Positions 1 to 18,181 of a stretch of 64,000 nt of DNA are shown here, piece by piece. The notes under the pieces were generated by a model. That model was not told the DNA's origin. It saw only the letters and a list, made by a program, of their open reading frames with translations, and searched no databases. Every line of letters begins with the position of its first letter. The stretch's first letter is position 1. The DNA is from Octopus vulgaris (taxonomy: Eukaryota): positions 61,504,001-61,568,000 of the forward strand of contig OX597821.1 in the NCBI GenBank assembly GCA_951406725.2, read 5' to 3'. Both the position numbers and the translations under genes were made by a program.

Positions 1-275
1 ATTTATATTGTTATATTAAACTGTTAAGTTGCATCAATGTATTGTTCTAGACAGAGATTGAATAAACAAGGCATTCTATGAGACTAATGTTGGAATAAGC
101 AATTATATAGGGATCTATAACATACACATATCCACACACTATGTGTTTATTTATTTGTTGAACTAGCTATCTCTGTCCAAATGTCTGTATGATTTACTAC
201 ATACATACATACATACATACATACATACATACATACATACATACATACATACATACATACATACAAACATACATA

Positions 276-1370
276 AGGCTGATAACTTCATAAGTCTTGG
301 AAGGCAGCTTTTTGAGCAACATTCCTTGTCTGATAACCTAGAATATATGCTGAAAGAAGTCACACGACTCAAGCACAACGTATCATCAGATGAGAGCATG
401 AGCCTATATGAACAGAAGACTATGCATAGATATGTTAGTAGAAAGCTCCGAGATGTTAGTAACATTGATCATTAAAATAGTCTATCATGAACCAATAGCC
501 GGATTACTACCTCCCAAGTTGAAGGGTATGCGTTTACAATCCAGGAACAGGAAATATCAGCTAAGTACCTAATGCACAAAAGGGACAGAGATGCGGGAAA
601 ATAAGTAAAGTGTGACAACCGATGCATACTTCGAGAACTTAACATCGAATATATCACCCACATCATAAGCAGTTGTCCGAAAATGTCATCACGGGTAATT
701 CTACCAAATCCGTCGGAAGAATAACGCCGAGGACAAAGAAATAAAAACTCACAGTAAGGTAGAAGCCATAGCTAGTCAAAATAAAAAGGAGTGCTGGAGT
801 ACCAGTGAAGACCTCAATAAAATGTTAACAAACATACTTGATATAATGATTTGGCATAGAGAAGAGAAACTGTGTACAGCTGTAGAAATTTGCTGCCCAG
901 CGGATGTTAACATAAAGCTGAAGATCAGTGAAAAAGAGAATACCTACACTGAACTACTGAGAAATCTGCAGTTACTCTATCCAGATTACAAGTTCAGGTT
1001 TATACCTGTAATTAGTGGGACCCTGGGATATGTAACACACTGCCTAAAGACCAATCTTTTCAAAACTAGAAAGGAGAAAGCTAATTCAAAGACTACAGAT
1101 CCAGTTTATCACTGGAACTAAAAATCTGTAAGACTTCCCAGAAGTGTATCATTTAAATATATATAAGCAGGCTTAGACATGCAACTATAGGCATGCGAAT
1201 ACATACATAAAGCAAATCATACAAATATGCACATATACATACATACAAACAAACAGACAAACAAAAATACCCTGTTGTTGATGTTAAAATTCCGATGTAG
1301 GAGCCTTGGATCTAGGTAAGAAACCAGTTCTTTCTCTATTTGTAAGAAAACTTGAAATAAAAATGAACAA
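276..1370 (+). mobile_element. Degenerate 3' part of an RLE-type (R4-like) non-LTR retrotransposon plus 3' UTR, following an (ACAT)n array
   Basis: Broken frames read TTSQVEGYAFTIQEQEISAKY, CDNRCILRELNIEYITHIISSC (CCHC-like) and DIMIWHREEKLCTAVEICCPAD...KENTYTELL...FIPVISG (RLE nuclease end). The same family and UTR recur at 53.7-54.2 kb. Confidence 0.8.
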
Positions 1371-2355
1371 TGACGTATGTACATATATAAATGCACACAC
1401 ATATATAGGATCTTTGGGCAAAATTTGAAGAAAGTTACATCTCCCTTTTCCAGGAATAACTTGATGTATTAGTGAACAGTCAACAGCGTTCGAGACTATG
1501 AATATTAAAGGTATAGTTAAAAAATAGTTTACCTGACGTAGAGGAGTGGAAGCCATAAACATATTGGTAAATTTAATTGTATCGTGATGATTAAGGCCGG
1601 GTATCAAAATGCTGCTCAATGTTCTTTGAACGTTGTAAAACCTGTATGGCATGATATGGACAGCTGCGACGGAAATTACGAAGCTGTGGCCAGTAAGGGG
1701 AAAATAAACATCCAGTACAAAGTCGTCCACATTTGAACGAATAACACCTTCGTGTCAATTCAGAGGTCTATTTGAAGCTGCCGGACATTGTAGTCAATCT
1801 ATGGCTGGGCTGCTGCTGGAAGTCCATATGTGAGGAAGTAGGATTCGGCATCTTGCCGTATCTCTGCAGAATGTCAGAAGTGGTGATTAAAGAATTTCTA
1901 CGACTTCATTAACTCCAATTTCCAGTAACCTATTTCTCCGATTGAAATCCCATTGGATGAAATGTGAGTGGGTCGCAGTTGAGAAAGACACAACCAATCT
2001 ACCTGAAAATGTAAGGACGTGTTCATATCCAATACCAAAGGGGTGCACGAAGCTCGTCCCAGGGATACAGCAACGACAACATGCAATATGTTCCGGAGCC
2101 GTCTTCAGGTTGTAGTACAATCGGAGAGCGAATACTATGAGTAAAGGCTTATCCTCCAGCCATAATCTAGTTGATCCTTTTTGATTTTTTTAAAATGATG
2201 TGATTTACGGACGGGAGATTTTGTATTTTGTTTAGTTTTCCTTTATGAAAACTGCCAAATTTAACCCGAATATGATGATGATGATGATGATAACGATGAT
2301 GATGATGATGATAATAATAATGATAACAATGATGACAATAATAATAATAATAATG

Positions 2356-2417
<62 letters not shown>

Positions 2418-2418
<1 letters not shown>

Positions 2419-3800
2419 TCAGAAGAGAGATGTTCCCGGTAGACAGCCGTTGCTTTTCGTTCTCTGCATGAAACCCCTGACTTTGGTACTCAGGAAAATG
2501 AACCTGGGGTACCAACTAAATGAAAAATCCCAAAACAATAAACTACCCACTCTTCATGGATGATTTGAAACTGTATGACAAAGATGAGATACAAATGAGT
2601 TCCTTGGTGAACACGGTTCACTGTTTTAGTACTGGTGTTAGAATGGAATTTGGACTCAAGAAGTTCGGAATAATCTATCTAAAATGAGGCAAGGTACAGT
2701 CCCTAGCAGGGATAATAATTACCGAATAGAGACTTGATGAAACAAATTGGAACGGAAGGATACAAATAGCTTGGTGTACTTGAGTGCAACGAGATAATGG
2801 ACAAGGAAATGGAAGAGCAACTGAAGATGGAGTATTTCCGAAGACTGAGGTTGTTATTGCGCTCAAAATTGACTTGATGAAATAAATTTCAAGCCGTTAA
2901 TACGTAGGCGATAGCATCACTTTGGTATGGGGCAAGAATTATAAATGGCAAAAGAGATAAATGAAGAAAATAGATTCCAAGACCAGAAAAATGTTGACAG
3001 TACGCGGGATCTTCCACCCGAAGAGAGACAATGATAGACTGTACTTGTCCTGAAGAAAAGGTGGGAGTGGTTCGATCAGTCCCTAGGACTATATCGAAGC
3101 AGAAGAAAACAGCTTAGAGTGGTAGGTATATAAAAAATGCCGTGGAGCTACTGTTGAAAGATTCGAAGAAGCCCGGAGTCACCAAAACTGAAAATTGTGT
3201 AACTAAAGAAAAATTTTAACAAGATGTGAACAAAAAAGAAAATAAAAAAGCATGGAAAGAAAAGAAAATGTACGGTCAGTTTGCAATAGATGTGAACACC
3301 AAGACAAATACAGAGGATCGGTGACTATGGATGAGGAGTGTCATGAAGATAAATAGTGAAGCACTCTTATGCGCAGCTGTGGAAGAATCGTTAAGGATAA
3401 ATTATATGAAGTGTAAAATTGACAACATAACCGATAGGAACAAATGCAGAATGTGTGGTGAGAGGCGTGAAACGGTATGGTACATCGTTAGCGAATGCCT
3501 GAAATTGGCACAACGCAAATGCAAACGACGCCATGACAATGTGGCAGGACTGATTCATTGGGAGCTGTGTGGAAATCCCGTCCTATATAGAGCAATGTGA
3601 AAGAAGAAGGAAAAATAAATAACTATAACGATTTGAAGTAGGAAATACGAGAAGAGAATAGACGTGATACGAATAGTGATTGGTGCACTTGGAAGTATCA
3701 GCACTCAATACCAACATGGCTGAAAAAGATTGGTGCAAGTGTGGAGGTAGAACACTTACAAATATCAGCTTTGTTTGGAACTGCAAGAATTCTCACTGAA
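2418..3800 (+). mobile_element. Degenerate 5'-truncated R4/Dong-like LINE
   Basis: LFMDDLKLYDKDE...RMEFGLKK (RT) near 2550-2670 and CRMCGERRETVWYIVSEC...RRHDNVA (zinc knuckle) in ORF 3331-3600. It is preceded by an (ATG/AAT)n array and ends CACTGAATAATAAT. Confidence 0.85.
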
Positions 3801-3814
3801 TAATAATAATATCA

Positions 3815-4457
3815 TACTCCTGGATAACAAGAAAAATGGCGATGTATGGAGTAGCAGAACATATGAGAAGCCTTATATGGAACAGTATGAAATGCTGGAG
3901 AAATAAATTGACAGCAGGGTATCAGGTATTAGGATTGGAGAAAATCAAGAGAGGAATCTTTCAGGCATCAGTGTGACCCCACTAAACTTTCCGCTGTGAA
4001 AGATCCCCTTGAGTGAAATACTACAGAAGACAAAGTTAGGGTATGGTGTGGAAAGAGGTAAAGGGAATCTTACTATTTATGGACGAATAATAATTGAGAA
4101 GGAAAGCAAACGATGCTAGATCATAGATATAACATACCCAGCTGACAAGGTATGCGATAAGGAAGAAAGAAAAGTCGATAGATATGACAGGTTAGCTTGG
4201 GAAGTTAAGTTATTGTGGTCGCTGGAAAAGGTGGTAGTAGTACCAATAATTGACGTAGCCCTCAGAACAGTGAGTAAAAACCTTGATAAATACAACGAAT
4301 AGGCGCTGCAATAAGGGTAGAGCACTTGCAGAAAATACAACTGCTTAGAACCATTCGAATACTCTGGATAGTGCTCAAAAATGAACGGTTTTACTTTAGT
4401 TAGGGAGCAACTGGCACCGCATTACATCTCCATCGTTAGAAGCTGTGCAAAGAAGAT
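3815..4457 (+). mobile_element. Internally deleted R4/Dong-like LINE fragment
   Basis: IIDITYPADKVCDKEERKVDRYDRLAWEVKLLWSLEKVVVVPII is the RLE C-terminus. It runs into the (AAT)n array. Confidence 0.75.
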
Positions 4458-8590
<4,133 letters not shown>

Positions 8591-8681
<91 letters not shown>

Positions 8682-8717
8682 AATGATAATAATAATAATG
8701 ATGATAATAATAATAAT
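8591..8717. repeat. (AAT)n microsatellite, 3' flank
   Basis: Seen directly in the sequence. Confidence 0.95.
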
Positions 8718-9929
8718 CTATATATTTATAATGGTATTTTTATGCAAGCTTAAATCTTATGGCAATCACCGTGCAATGACTAAGGAAAATAGTCTAATAA
8801 AGGGGCATATACACCCTCAACAGAGAAAAGAAAGCTTTCCTATCCGAGTGTGAGTCGAACCACATCCCTTTGTTATATATATATATATATAACAGTTATG
8901 TTTGAACTCATTTTTCCTGGGTTTCTTTCTGTAACTGGATTTCTTATACTGCGCCGGTCAGAGTCGACATTTGAACTCGCGCTGCCGATGAAAAATTCTA
9001 AATTTGCACCCGAGGATATATGTATTCATTAGAATACCGATCAAAATGACTTGAAGTATTTACTCCGTTTTCCTTTTGCCTTCTGACAGCAATGTTTGCG
9101 ACAATAAAAACGTCGTGCTGTAACTTTCATCGTCTTTCTCTTGTACAATATTGGGGGTGTGGATAGAGGAATGTAGCATGAAGAGAAACCCGTATGTTTT
9201 CTATGTGAAAAAACAAGCAAAGAATTATTAGTATTGCAGGAGATAAATTGTCGATGTACATCCATGATATCACAAACCATATGAAAACCCCTAGTATAAT
9301 AAATTTTATTGTTGTTTATGCAAGCAGATATAAAAAAATATAGCAAAGACAAGAAAAATAACTACAATATCAAATTCATATTATTTGCTAGTAATAATAA
9401 ATGGATTTGTAAGACCGGAAATAAATATAGAGTATGTCGAAAACCAGAAAGTTGACGAAAACAAAATGAGGAAAATGTCAACCGTTGTATATTCATGCTG
9501 CTCGGTTTTAACAGGAATACAATTATGGGCAAATGGATGATGATTCAACCACACATTTGACCACATTAACTGTTATACTATACCGGAAAGTGGAAAGAGA
9601 ATTTGAAGAAGGTATTCCGCCCAAATTATTGCTTGTTAGTGAAATGTAATAAAATAGATAGTTGACAGAATAGTTACATTTGCTACGTATGTGTACTTGT
9701 CTGTATGCCTATGTATACGACAAGAATAATGCGCATGTTGGCATCATAACATATAAGTATTCATTTCAGTACATGGGACAGAGGTCGCGTGATTTAGTTT
9801 GGGAGGAGAAAATATCGTTTAAATTCTTTTCATCTCTGTCCAAGGGGACAACGTTTTGCTCGTCGAACATAAATGAATTAAATTAGTATGTAGACACATA
9901 TACACATACACACATACACAAACACACAG

Positions 9930-10012
<83 letters not shown>

Positions 10013-10179
10013 CATGTGTACAAACATATGCACACTTACAATGTACTAAACACATTAATTGCAAAATATGAGAAAATGTATTACATTTCCCATTTAACAA
10101 TATTTTGTGAGTACAGTAGATAGTAAATTCATTTTGGCAACCTCGATTTCTAATCGAATAAAAAGGCATTCAACCACCA

Positions 10180-10370
10180 GGTGTTGGACTTTGAGATCTT
10201 GGCAAATCAGATTGGAGAGGATTTTTATTGACAATCATGTTAAAGTAGAATAATATGCAGCTTATTAAGGATTATTTGAAATATTTATTAGCTAATTGCC
10301 GAACATTATGGTGACGAGGAGGTTCAACATGTGTTTAAGATGTGGTCAATGAGTTTCTCGACAATATGAA
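10180..10370 (+). mobile_element. Possible DNA-transposon transposase relic
   Basis: Broken frames read FIDNHVKVE...GGFNMCL, resembling an FLGNHK...LGCNMSLK motif I recall from a widespread invertebrate transposase-like family. Weak, by-eye match. Confidence 0.3.
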
Positions 10371-11121
10371 CTTGATCAGACGAATTATGCTTGAAACCGC
10401 TCGTGTCTTATTTGCTGGACCTCTTAATGTCAGACATCATTTAAAACATATATTGCTGCATTATTGGCATTTTCCCGGTTCCGAGGCCCGCATTTTCACT
10501 TTCGTATAATTTTCTTCTTAATTGATGAAATTTACATTAGCTCAAAGTTTCAACGCTTTGGAAATAAAAAAATACTTTTAACATTAAAATTTAAAATTTT
10601 ACATTTTATAAATTTCTGGTTTGCTCTATAAGCTTTTCCTGCAAAAAGAAGTGGACTAGCAAAAAAAAAAAAAACAAATCGATGCAGGATTGATAATTTA
10701 AATGAAACAGAGAAAATACAGAAGAAGAAGGGAGATGAAATATGCTGCAGGTGATGTGAGAAATGAAATCTTTAAAAATCTCTTGATTTTTCTTTGATGC
10801 AAGTATAAAGGTTTACACCTTCTTTACTGTGTAACTTCTCTCAAAAAGAAAACCTATAAACAAATCACGAGTTTTGTATGTATATTCCTTATAAAATAGA
10901 ATATCGTTACTGTTGGAAAACGGTCTGAGAAATTGTTTGTGTCGGCAATGTAGATTCTCTTTCAAAACTAAATTATACTTAGCTACATTCTTTCCACAAT
11001 TTTCAGCACCAGCTGAGCTCGCATTGAGGCTATAATTCCACACAGAGTCCGGTAGTGATAGCTGGATAGATAGATAAATATATAGATAGATAGACTGGGT
11101 AACAGATAGACAGAGAGAGGG

Positions 11122-11162
<41 letters not shown>

Positions 11163-11330
11163 GATACGTAATATCAATAATTTATAAATATATGTACGTC
11201 CACGGTAATGCGTTGGGTACTTCAGATTTAGTGCATGACAAGATGGTAATGTCAATGTTTTAAAACAGAAATATACAAGAACAGATATATACATACATAC
11301 ATTCATAATCCATACACACATACAAACATA

Positions 11331-11379
<49 letters not shown>

Positions 11380-11425
11380 TAGCTTATATAGATATGCAAC
11401 TGATACATATGTTTATATATTTGTA

Positions 11426-11468
<43 letters not shown>

Positions 11469-12308
11469 TATACACACATATATATATATATTTTTATATA
11501 TATGTACATATATTTATATACATATATGTATACACACACACACATATATATATATATATATCATATATATGTGAACACACATATTTGCACTCACTTCTAC
11601 ATACATTAGTTTAATTTAATCTAGCGATCTATTATCTCCGTTCATTTAAAGAGGAAATTGCGTGTTTTCTCCATTCTTTTGTCAGTTAACGATGTGGTTT
11701 ATTTTTTTTTATATTTTGAGATTCGTTCTTCCTTTGTTGGTATTTTCTTATTCTTATTGTCACTATTAATGACTTTCTTGTTATTAATAACATATTCAAC
11801 CAAGTAATATTTCTTTCAACACATGACGTTCGTATATTCATTAACTTTTCATTCTCTGTATAAGTCACGTGAATGGGGATATGATATAAAGAATCGTATT
11901 TAAATTCAATTCTTCTATTATTTTTATTTGTTTTTTGCTTCGTTATAAGCGTCTTCTTTCAACTTATAGTTGCAAGATATATTTTCAAAATTAATGAGTC
12001 TTCTTAATATAAATTATTTATATAGAATATAAAAAATACACACTATTGATATTCAAACGTAATTCATGATCTTGTGACATTCATTATAATTAAAGTGAAA
12101 ATTACTATTATTATCGATATATAATGAATTATCTGAGTTGACAGACACCACAGACCACCTAATATATATTTTACTAAATCATTTTCCAAATATGTTTACA
12201 ATGATTGTGTGTCATGTATGTTTGTACTATACATACATACGTGAAGAACATTCACACATGCGTACTCATTCATACATGCAAATACATACATGCAAGCGTA
12301 CATACATA

Positions 12309-12364
<56 letters not shown>

Positions 12365-13806
12365 ATACAAATATATAGTACATACATGCAGTTTATCCCA
12401 CACTAATTATGCATGCATGCATGTGTGTAGGTGAGCGAGCGTTTGTGCGTGTGTGTGCGTTTGTGTGTATGTGTGTGTGTGTATCGTGTATTGATATCAT
12501 AATTGTGGTTGAAATTATTTTACGTTATGGTGTCTTTTCATATTACGTATCAGTTCAATGTAGCATTTACTAAAGTTCACTGGCTGACACGAATCGCAAG
12601 GGACGTTTACGAAAGTACGAGGAATTGCCTAAAATTTAAACTGTCTCTCATAAAAAGAATTACACACACACACAATATTGTTCATACTTGTAAAGACAAC
12701 TCCTCTAAATCCTTTCCATATTCGAATTCCTGTTGTTGTGGGAGGGGACTAATCTTATCTGACGTAAAAATGACATAAGTATAATTTATTAAAACGTATA
12801 TGCCGGCCTATAAGAAGCACCTAAGAAATATTTAAAAAATGTCCAATTCTGTATTATTACAACGGAAGACTGTTTTAGGCAAGGGATCCAGATAAGCATA
12901 ACTCAGCTTGAACAATAATTATTACTCATATTAATATATTGAAAATCATCACAGTCCCTTTGCAAAAATTTAAGTAAATCTTCCTTATGCTACTCCTGAA
13001 TCTATGGGGTAAAGCCACATCATAGTATTATACCTCTATCCCCAGCATAATAACCACAGCTAATATCTGCTTCGCATAATTTAATGGCAATGTTTTGTAA
13101 TTATCTTGTAACGAAAACAAGATATGTTGTTGAAAAAATCGTTCGGCCTTGTTTATATATGTAGCTACCATTTAATTGTTGCCTCTCCACATTCATTTGT
13201 TACGAGTGACTAAAATATCCATCACTTGAGTTTTTAACCTGTTATTGAACGCTGTGCCGTGCTTGATTAAATGCTGCACGGGAATTGGATTCAAAGTTCA
13301 AGCGTATTTTGAGCGACAATTTCTATAAGTATCCTGGAGCCTAATTTGGATCCTATTCTGCAGCTAGCTTAAATCACCTGGTTGATGTAGAAACAACAAC
13401 CCTGCGGAACCTGTTAATGTTTTCATTGTGTCCGAACTATTGTGAAAATATTACGAAGGAATAAAGACTCAATGCTAATTTTCAAGATTGTCTTTTTTAT
13501 TCCTCGAACACTTAACATAATATTGAACAATGAACTGCACCTTCGTAACAATCTCAATGAAAACAGGAACATGAAAAGAATCTTAAACGTCTACCCAACT
13601 ATAAGTTAATTTCAATGAAGGTTATGAGAACAGCTCTGTAGATGACGTGCAGCACACTGTTCGTTGATCGCATAACACAAAATACCATAGTCAAAAATAC
13701 AAGTTTTACATTTTGTATTGCAATTCATCTGACCAAAATATAAACAACTATACTATTAACCTGGAAGTGGACGAAATCCAAAAATGGTACACGTATATGC
13801 CAATGG

Positions 13807-13854
<48 letters not shown>

Positions 13855-13970
13855 GGCGAAAACAGTAATGTAGTTTACATATAAATTTATGCTTTGCTAC
13901 TTTATTCCTGCACAGTGTTACGACTGTCTTTTTCTATACACATGATATATTTTCACTTACAAAACGACTT

Positions 13971-14158
13971 AGACAGGTGTAGGAACAAAAAGCAGGTGTA
14001 TTAGGTTGACGCTCAGGAAGAATGGAAAAGTATTTTACGTTTCGAGTCTACGCTCTTCAACACAAAGGAATAAGAGTGAATAAATGGAGAGAGAATTAAA
14101 CAAAAAAACCGGTAAGATTAATAAAACAGTGTAGAGTTCAGCGGTCCAACATAGCGTA

Positions 14159-14160
<2 letters not shown>
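13971..14160 (-). mobile_element. ~190-bp PLE pLTR-like fragment with a degenerate minimal hammerhead
   Basis: Minus strand reads cttt GTGTTGA A GAGcgtagaCTC GAAACGTA aaat. It aligns by eye with 15505-15680, 41955-42130 and 45050-45245. Confidence 0.65.
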
Positions 14161-14204
<44 letters not shown>

Positions 14205-14208
<4 letters not shown>

Positions 14209-14912
14209 TGGAGTTAAACGCAGGCATTATTCAGATCTTTATATTCCTACATAAGTTTCGAAGGGAAAAAGAGAGAAACAAAACGCATCAATAAGACATT
14301 TTAACCAAATGTGATTACTGCATATACGATGAAGGGAATGCTGGTAAGTTATTTTTAAAGAAAAATCGTTAATAGATGTAAACTCAAACGCAATTTATAG
14401 AAAGATAAGAAGGGGGAAGAAAGAAAGTAGCAGAAACTAATAGTGGAGACATATAGTGCGATAGGAATAGGAATTAAGATTAAAGACATGGAAATAGATA
14501 TATTTAGTGGAAATGAAATGTAAAAAAAAATAGTTAAGGTCGAATTCTTATAGACTGGCAAAAATTACTTATAGGAACTAAAGGTATGATTTTTGCCAAT
14601 GTTTGCAACGATAAACGCGTTTTTTAAAACTTGCTTACAAGAGGATTCTCTAAGAACAGGATAAAATACAGTTTATCGTTACAGAGCGAACAAAAAATGT
14701 ACCTTTATCGTAAGGGTAGAACCTAGAGAGTATATACGCAATTGCAAATCAATTTTTTTATTGCGCCACTTTAGAGACCAAATTAATTTACTAAGCCCAG
14801 TATTGTTGCTTTTATTGATATGGCTAAATGTAGAGTAATGGTTAGAAGTTCTTTTGGACAACTCAGATGAACTACCTGAGATGAATACCTGTATATCTTT
14901 GGGAACAAACAT
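14205..14912 (-). mobile_element. Naiad-type PLE 3' remnant (GIY-YIG C-terminus plus tail)
   Basis: ISGSSSELSKRTSNHYSTF...NNTGLSKLIWSLK, then frameshifted CSLCNDK...RCKH, parallels the GIY-YIG at 35364-35756. The tail has GAAACTTATGTAGGAAT and ends at (TA)n. Confidence 0.75.
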
Positions 14913-14929
14913 GGGTAATTCCTTCTTTA

Positions 14930-15440
14930 AAAATTCTTGGACTCTTTTCGAAGAATGGGCGGACGCGGAGTTCAGTAAAAGAATGATTTGACTTTCATCC
15001 TAATCCAAAGCAACAAAACTACTACGATTTTGAGATAATCTGCTGTGTTGATTTTAAGACCCACTTCAATAAAATAAGAAGGCATCAATTTTCTATCACT
15101 TGCAACATGTCCACAGCCCATAATGAGCGCTGGATTCTTGCTATGCATGGCTGAAACTTGGGAAAGGTCATAGGCAATCACTAGTGAATTTTAATGCTTT
15201 GCGACTTCGTCTACGATGAACTTCCTTTCATCCACGAAGATGCGGACGTCCCCGCCACGATGTTTCAGATCACTATGAAGTTTTTATCTTGTTTTTTCTT
15301 TTATCTTGAATGGCTTTAGAGCATAGAGTTAAAGATATTACGGTATATCCTCACGTACGATTTCATATTGAGTTCTTGACACACATTCTTAGAAATGGTC
15401 TTTTTACTGATTCCTCGATCTTGAACCAACTTCGCCATAT
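14930..15440 (-). mobile_element. Tc1/mariner-superfamily (DD37D/maT-like) transposase relic
   Basis: FVDERKFIVD and SKNPALIMGCGHVASDRKLMPSYFIEVGLKINTADY resemble the FSDEK...KHPASVMV.G.VASDG..MP motifs. Confidence 0.7.
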
Positions 15441-15504
15441 GTATATATATATTTATATGTATATATATATATATGCGCGCGCACACACACACACATATAT
15501 GTAT

Positions 15505-15674
15505 GCCATGATAGATAGCTAGCCACTAAACCTTTTTTTCATTTTCTGTCGCTGTGATGCTTTATGCGAATAGCGTAGGCTCGAAATGTTAAAAACTTTC
15601 TTACTTCCTGAGCGTTAAACTAATATATCTATTTGTTGTTTACACACCCGTCTTCGTCTTTTGCTTTTCGTAAA

Positions 15675-15680
<6 letters not shown>
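15505..15680 (+). mobile_element. Degenerate copy of the ~190-bp HHR-like pLTR family
   Basis: AGCGTAGGCTCGAAATGTTAAA...TTCCTGAGCGTT...GTCTTCGTCTTTTG, ending at (TA)n. Confidence 0.6.
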
Positions 15681-15718
<38 letters not shown>

Positions 15719-15785
15719 CATCAATAATATGGTCGGCAGGATATTTACTCGTATCGATATATATCTTAATATTACAAAGGGTGAT

Positions 15786-16000
15786 TAAGGCGGTTAGTTT
15801 ACAGAATCATAAACATGCCGGACGAAATGCCGCCAATCATTTCGACCGTTTTTACGTTCGAATTTCAAATACCGACGAAATCAACTTCGCTCTTTTGTCT
15901 TTTGGGACTCGATAAAATAAGTACTACCCGTGTACTGGGGTTGATGTAATCGACCTGGCCACTTGAAATTGCTGATGTTTAGCCAAAATTTGAAACCAAT
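15786..16000 (+). mobile_element. tRNA-derived SINE (degenerate)
   Basis: A GGCGG...CAGAATC head, TTCAAATACC B-box-like motif and GATAAAATAAGTAC...ACTGGGGTTGATGTAATCGAC body resemble a common octopus SINE as I recall it. Related minus-strand pieces lie near 8950-9045, 52150-52270 and 56530-56660. Confidence 0.6.
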
Positions 16001-17799
16001 AGTAAAACTATAAGCCATCTGCGAGATGCCTTACTTTGATTCTTTATTTTTCGAATTTAAGTTACAGTTTATAAGAGATAGATAGATGGAGAGAGAGAGA
16101 GAAAGAGGGGAAGTTTTCGATTCAAGATGACAACTCTGTGTTGCCACTAAAGACTTTTAGACTTTTAATATTATTCTCTTCTTTATTAGGAAAACAGTAA
16201 TAACCAAAGTTCTTGATTTTATTGAACCTCTCTTCCTTCTAAATAGTCATCACCATGCTGTCAGATGACACTTTTCTATTAGAACTTTGATCTCTTACGT
16301 TACATATCAGCGGTCTCCCAACCTTCAGAACTTCCGACGAAATTATGCTTCATGCTGTTGACAGAAGTATGGCTGCTGACCAAATAGAAACATCTAAGAT
16401 TACATAGCAAATTATGAGCTCCAAGTCCCTATCATCAGTAAATTGTGTAATTTCTTGTCATATTGCACAACTTTCAATGTGCATTAGTATGCCTTCTTCC
16501 ACGAAATCACTATGGCAGTTTGGATCATTTGATCTACAATACCTAAATAAGATCTGCTCATAAAGCACTGATAATAGTCACACTGTTACCTGGTTGTCTG
16601 CACATGCGCGTCATCTTTTCAAAGTCCAAATGCATCAGGTCAAACAGGAACCCTCTTCAAAAGCAACGTTCTAGAAAATAGACCTCAATGTTGACATGAA
16701 AATCTACACCCTTCATACACACATGCAAAAACAACGCCCTACATATTCCATCGTTGCAATCATATATATTTAAACTTTACACAGTTACAGAATAAGAAAA
16801 TACCATTATGCTTCTACTCGGCGAGAAATTAACATAAAGAATTCTGTTACTATATCTCGAAGTTGATTTTCAGCATTCTGAATCTATCCTTGTATGCACT
16901 TTCTACCGGATTCCGAATCCCTTAAGCCTATAATATCTTGACAATTTCAGCACATCGGCCTATTTTCAAAATGATTACCGTCGCAAAGATTCGATGCATT
17001 TATCTCTTCCCAGCTTTCGATTGCGCAATATTTAGCATAGACCTCTTCTATGCCTCACCATTCCAAACATGTTTCAGTTCTGTAGAAACGCTAAATTACA
17101 TCCCTCACCCAAAAATTCCGTATCTGCTCATGATTTCCAGCACAAAAACGACGAAATTTAACGTCAGCTTATTTGTACTTACCAGTCTAGGGAGGGAAGG
17201 TCAACTACGAATCATGTGGATTCTGCTCCCCAGGAAAGTCATATGCAGAAAAGAAATATTTACATCTGTGTGCAAAATTATCCCACAAAATTATCATAAT
17301 GAAGTATTGAAAATATTAAAATAAAGCGGAATCGAAAAATAGTAAATTTCAAAGAGATCAAATATAATATATAATATAACTTCTTCAATGATTGAAAGAT
17401 ATCGTTGTTGTAAATAATTCATTTGTGTTTATTAGTACATCAAAGTTGCAAATAACACTAAAATATTTTGACAATAAAAAATATTAATTATCTCAAGATA
17501 ATCTGTGAAATTCATGGTAACAAAATTTTTATTAATTATGATATTTACTGAAGACATTAATGCCAAGACAATAGTCATACGAATGGGCTCTGAACAAAAC
17601 CAAGTCACTTCAACAAATATAGTCATTGAAACTGCAGCAAAAATCGAAGTGATAAAAGGAAAGTAATGTACAGGATTAAATTTCTCGACTAGGAGACGCC
17701 GATGGAAACCCTTGCATTTTTCTATTTGCGTGTAAACAGGTGTGTGAATGTCTTTGTGTGAGTATGTCTGTGCGGGGGTGTCTGGTATTTGTGACAGCT

Positions 17800-17940
17800 T
17801 ATGGCCTTGTATTTAGGGTTTTGGACTCATAAAGATGTGTGTTCAAATCGTAGACGCGTTGGCACATCGTGTCTTTGAGGAAACCACATCATTTTACGAT
17901 GTTGCAACGAGCTCAGGTTAAAATAAATACCAGCCGAGTG
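17800..17940 (+). mobile_element. Degenerate tRNA-head SINE
   Basis: TGGCCTTGTATTTAGGG (A-box-like) and GTTCAAATC (B-box-like), with a body resembling the SINE at 59300-59545. Confidence 0.45.
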
Positions 17941-18105
17941 CTTATGTAGTCGTCTTTCCTTCCGTCTGCCATACACTTAACGTACAATCGAGCCAACTAT
18001 AGTATGTTTACTCGCGACTTCGTAGGTACACACACACGCGCACCCACAAACATACACACAAACAAACATACGTATGTACAGATATCTATCTATCTATCTA
18101 GCTAC

Positions 18106-18138
<33 letters not shown>

Positions 18139-18141
18139 CAT

Positions 18142-18181
<40 letters not shown>

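Noticed and set aside
1285-1335. HHR-like CCGATG...GAAACC in the RLE LINE 3' UTR (also ~54135)
   Set aside because: The core differs between the two copies and no convincing stem I or cleavage triplet is present.
1440-2200. Coding-like, more GC-balanced stretch (similar ones at 16100-17300 and 59850-60650)
   Set aside because: Probably decayed retroelement sequence, but I could not find a motif to support a call.
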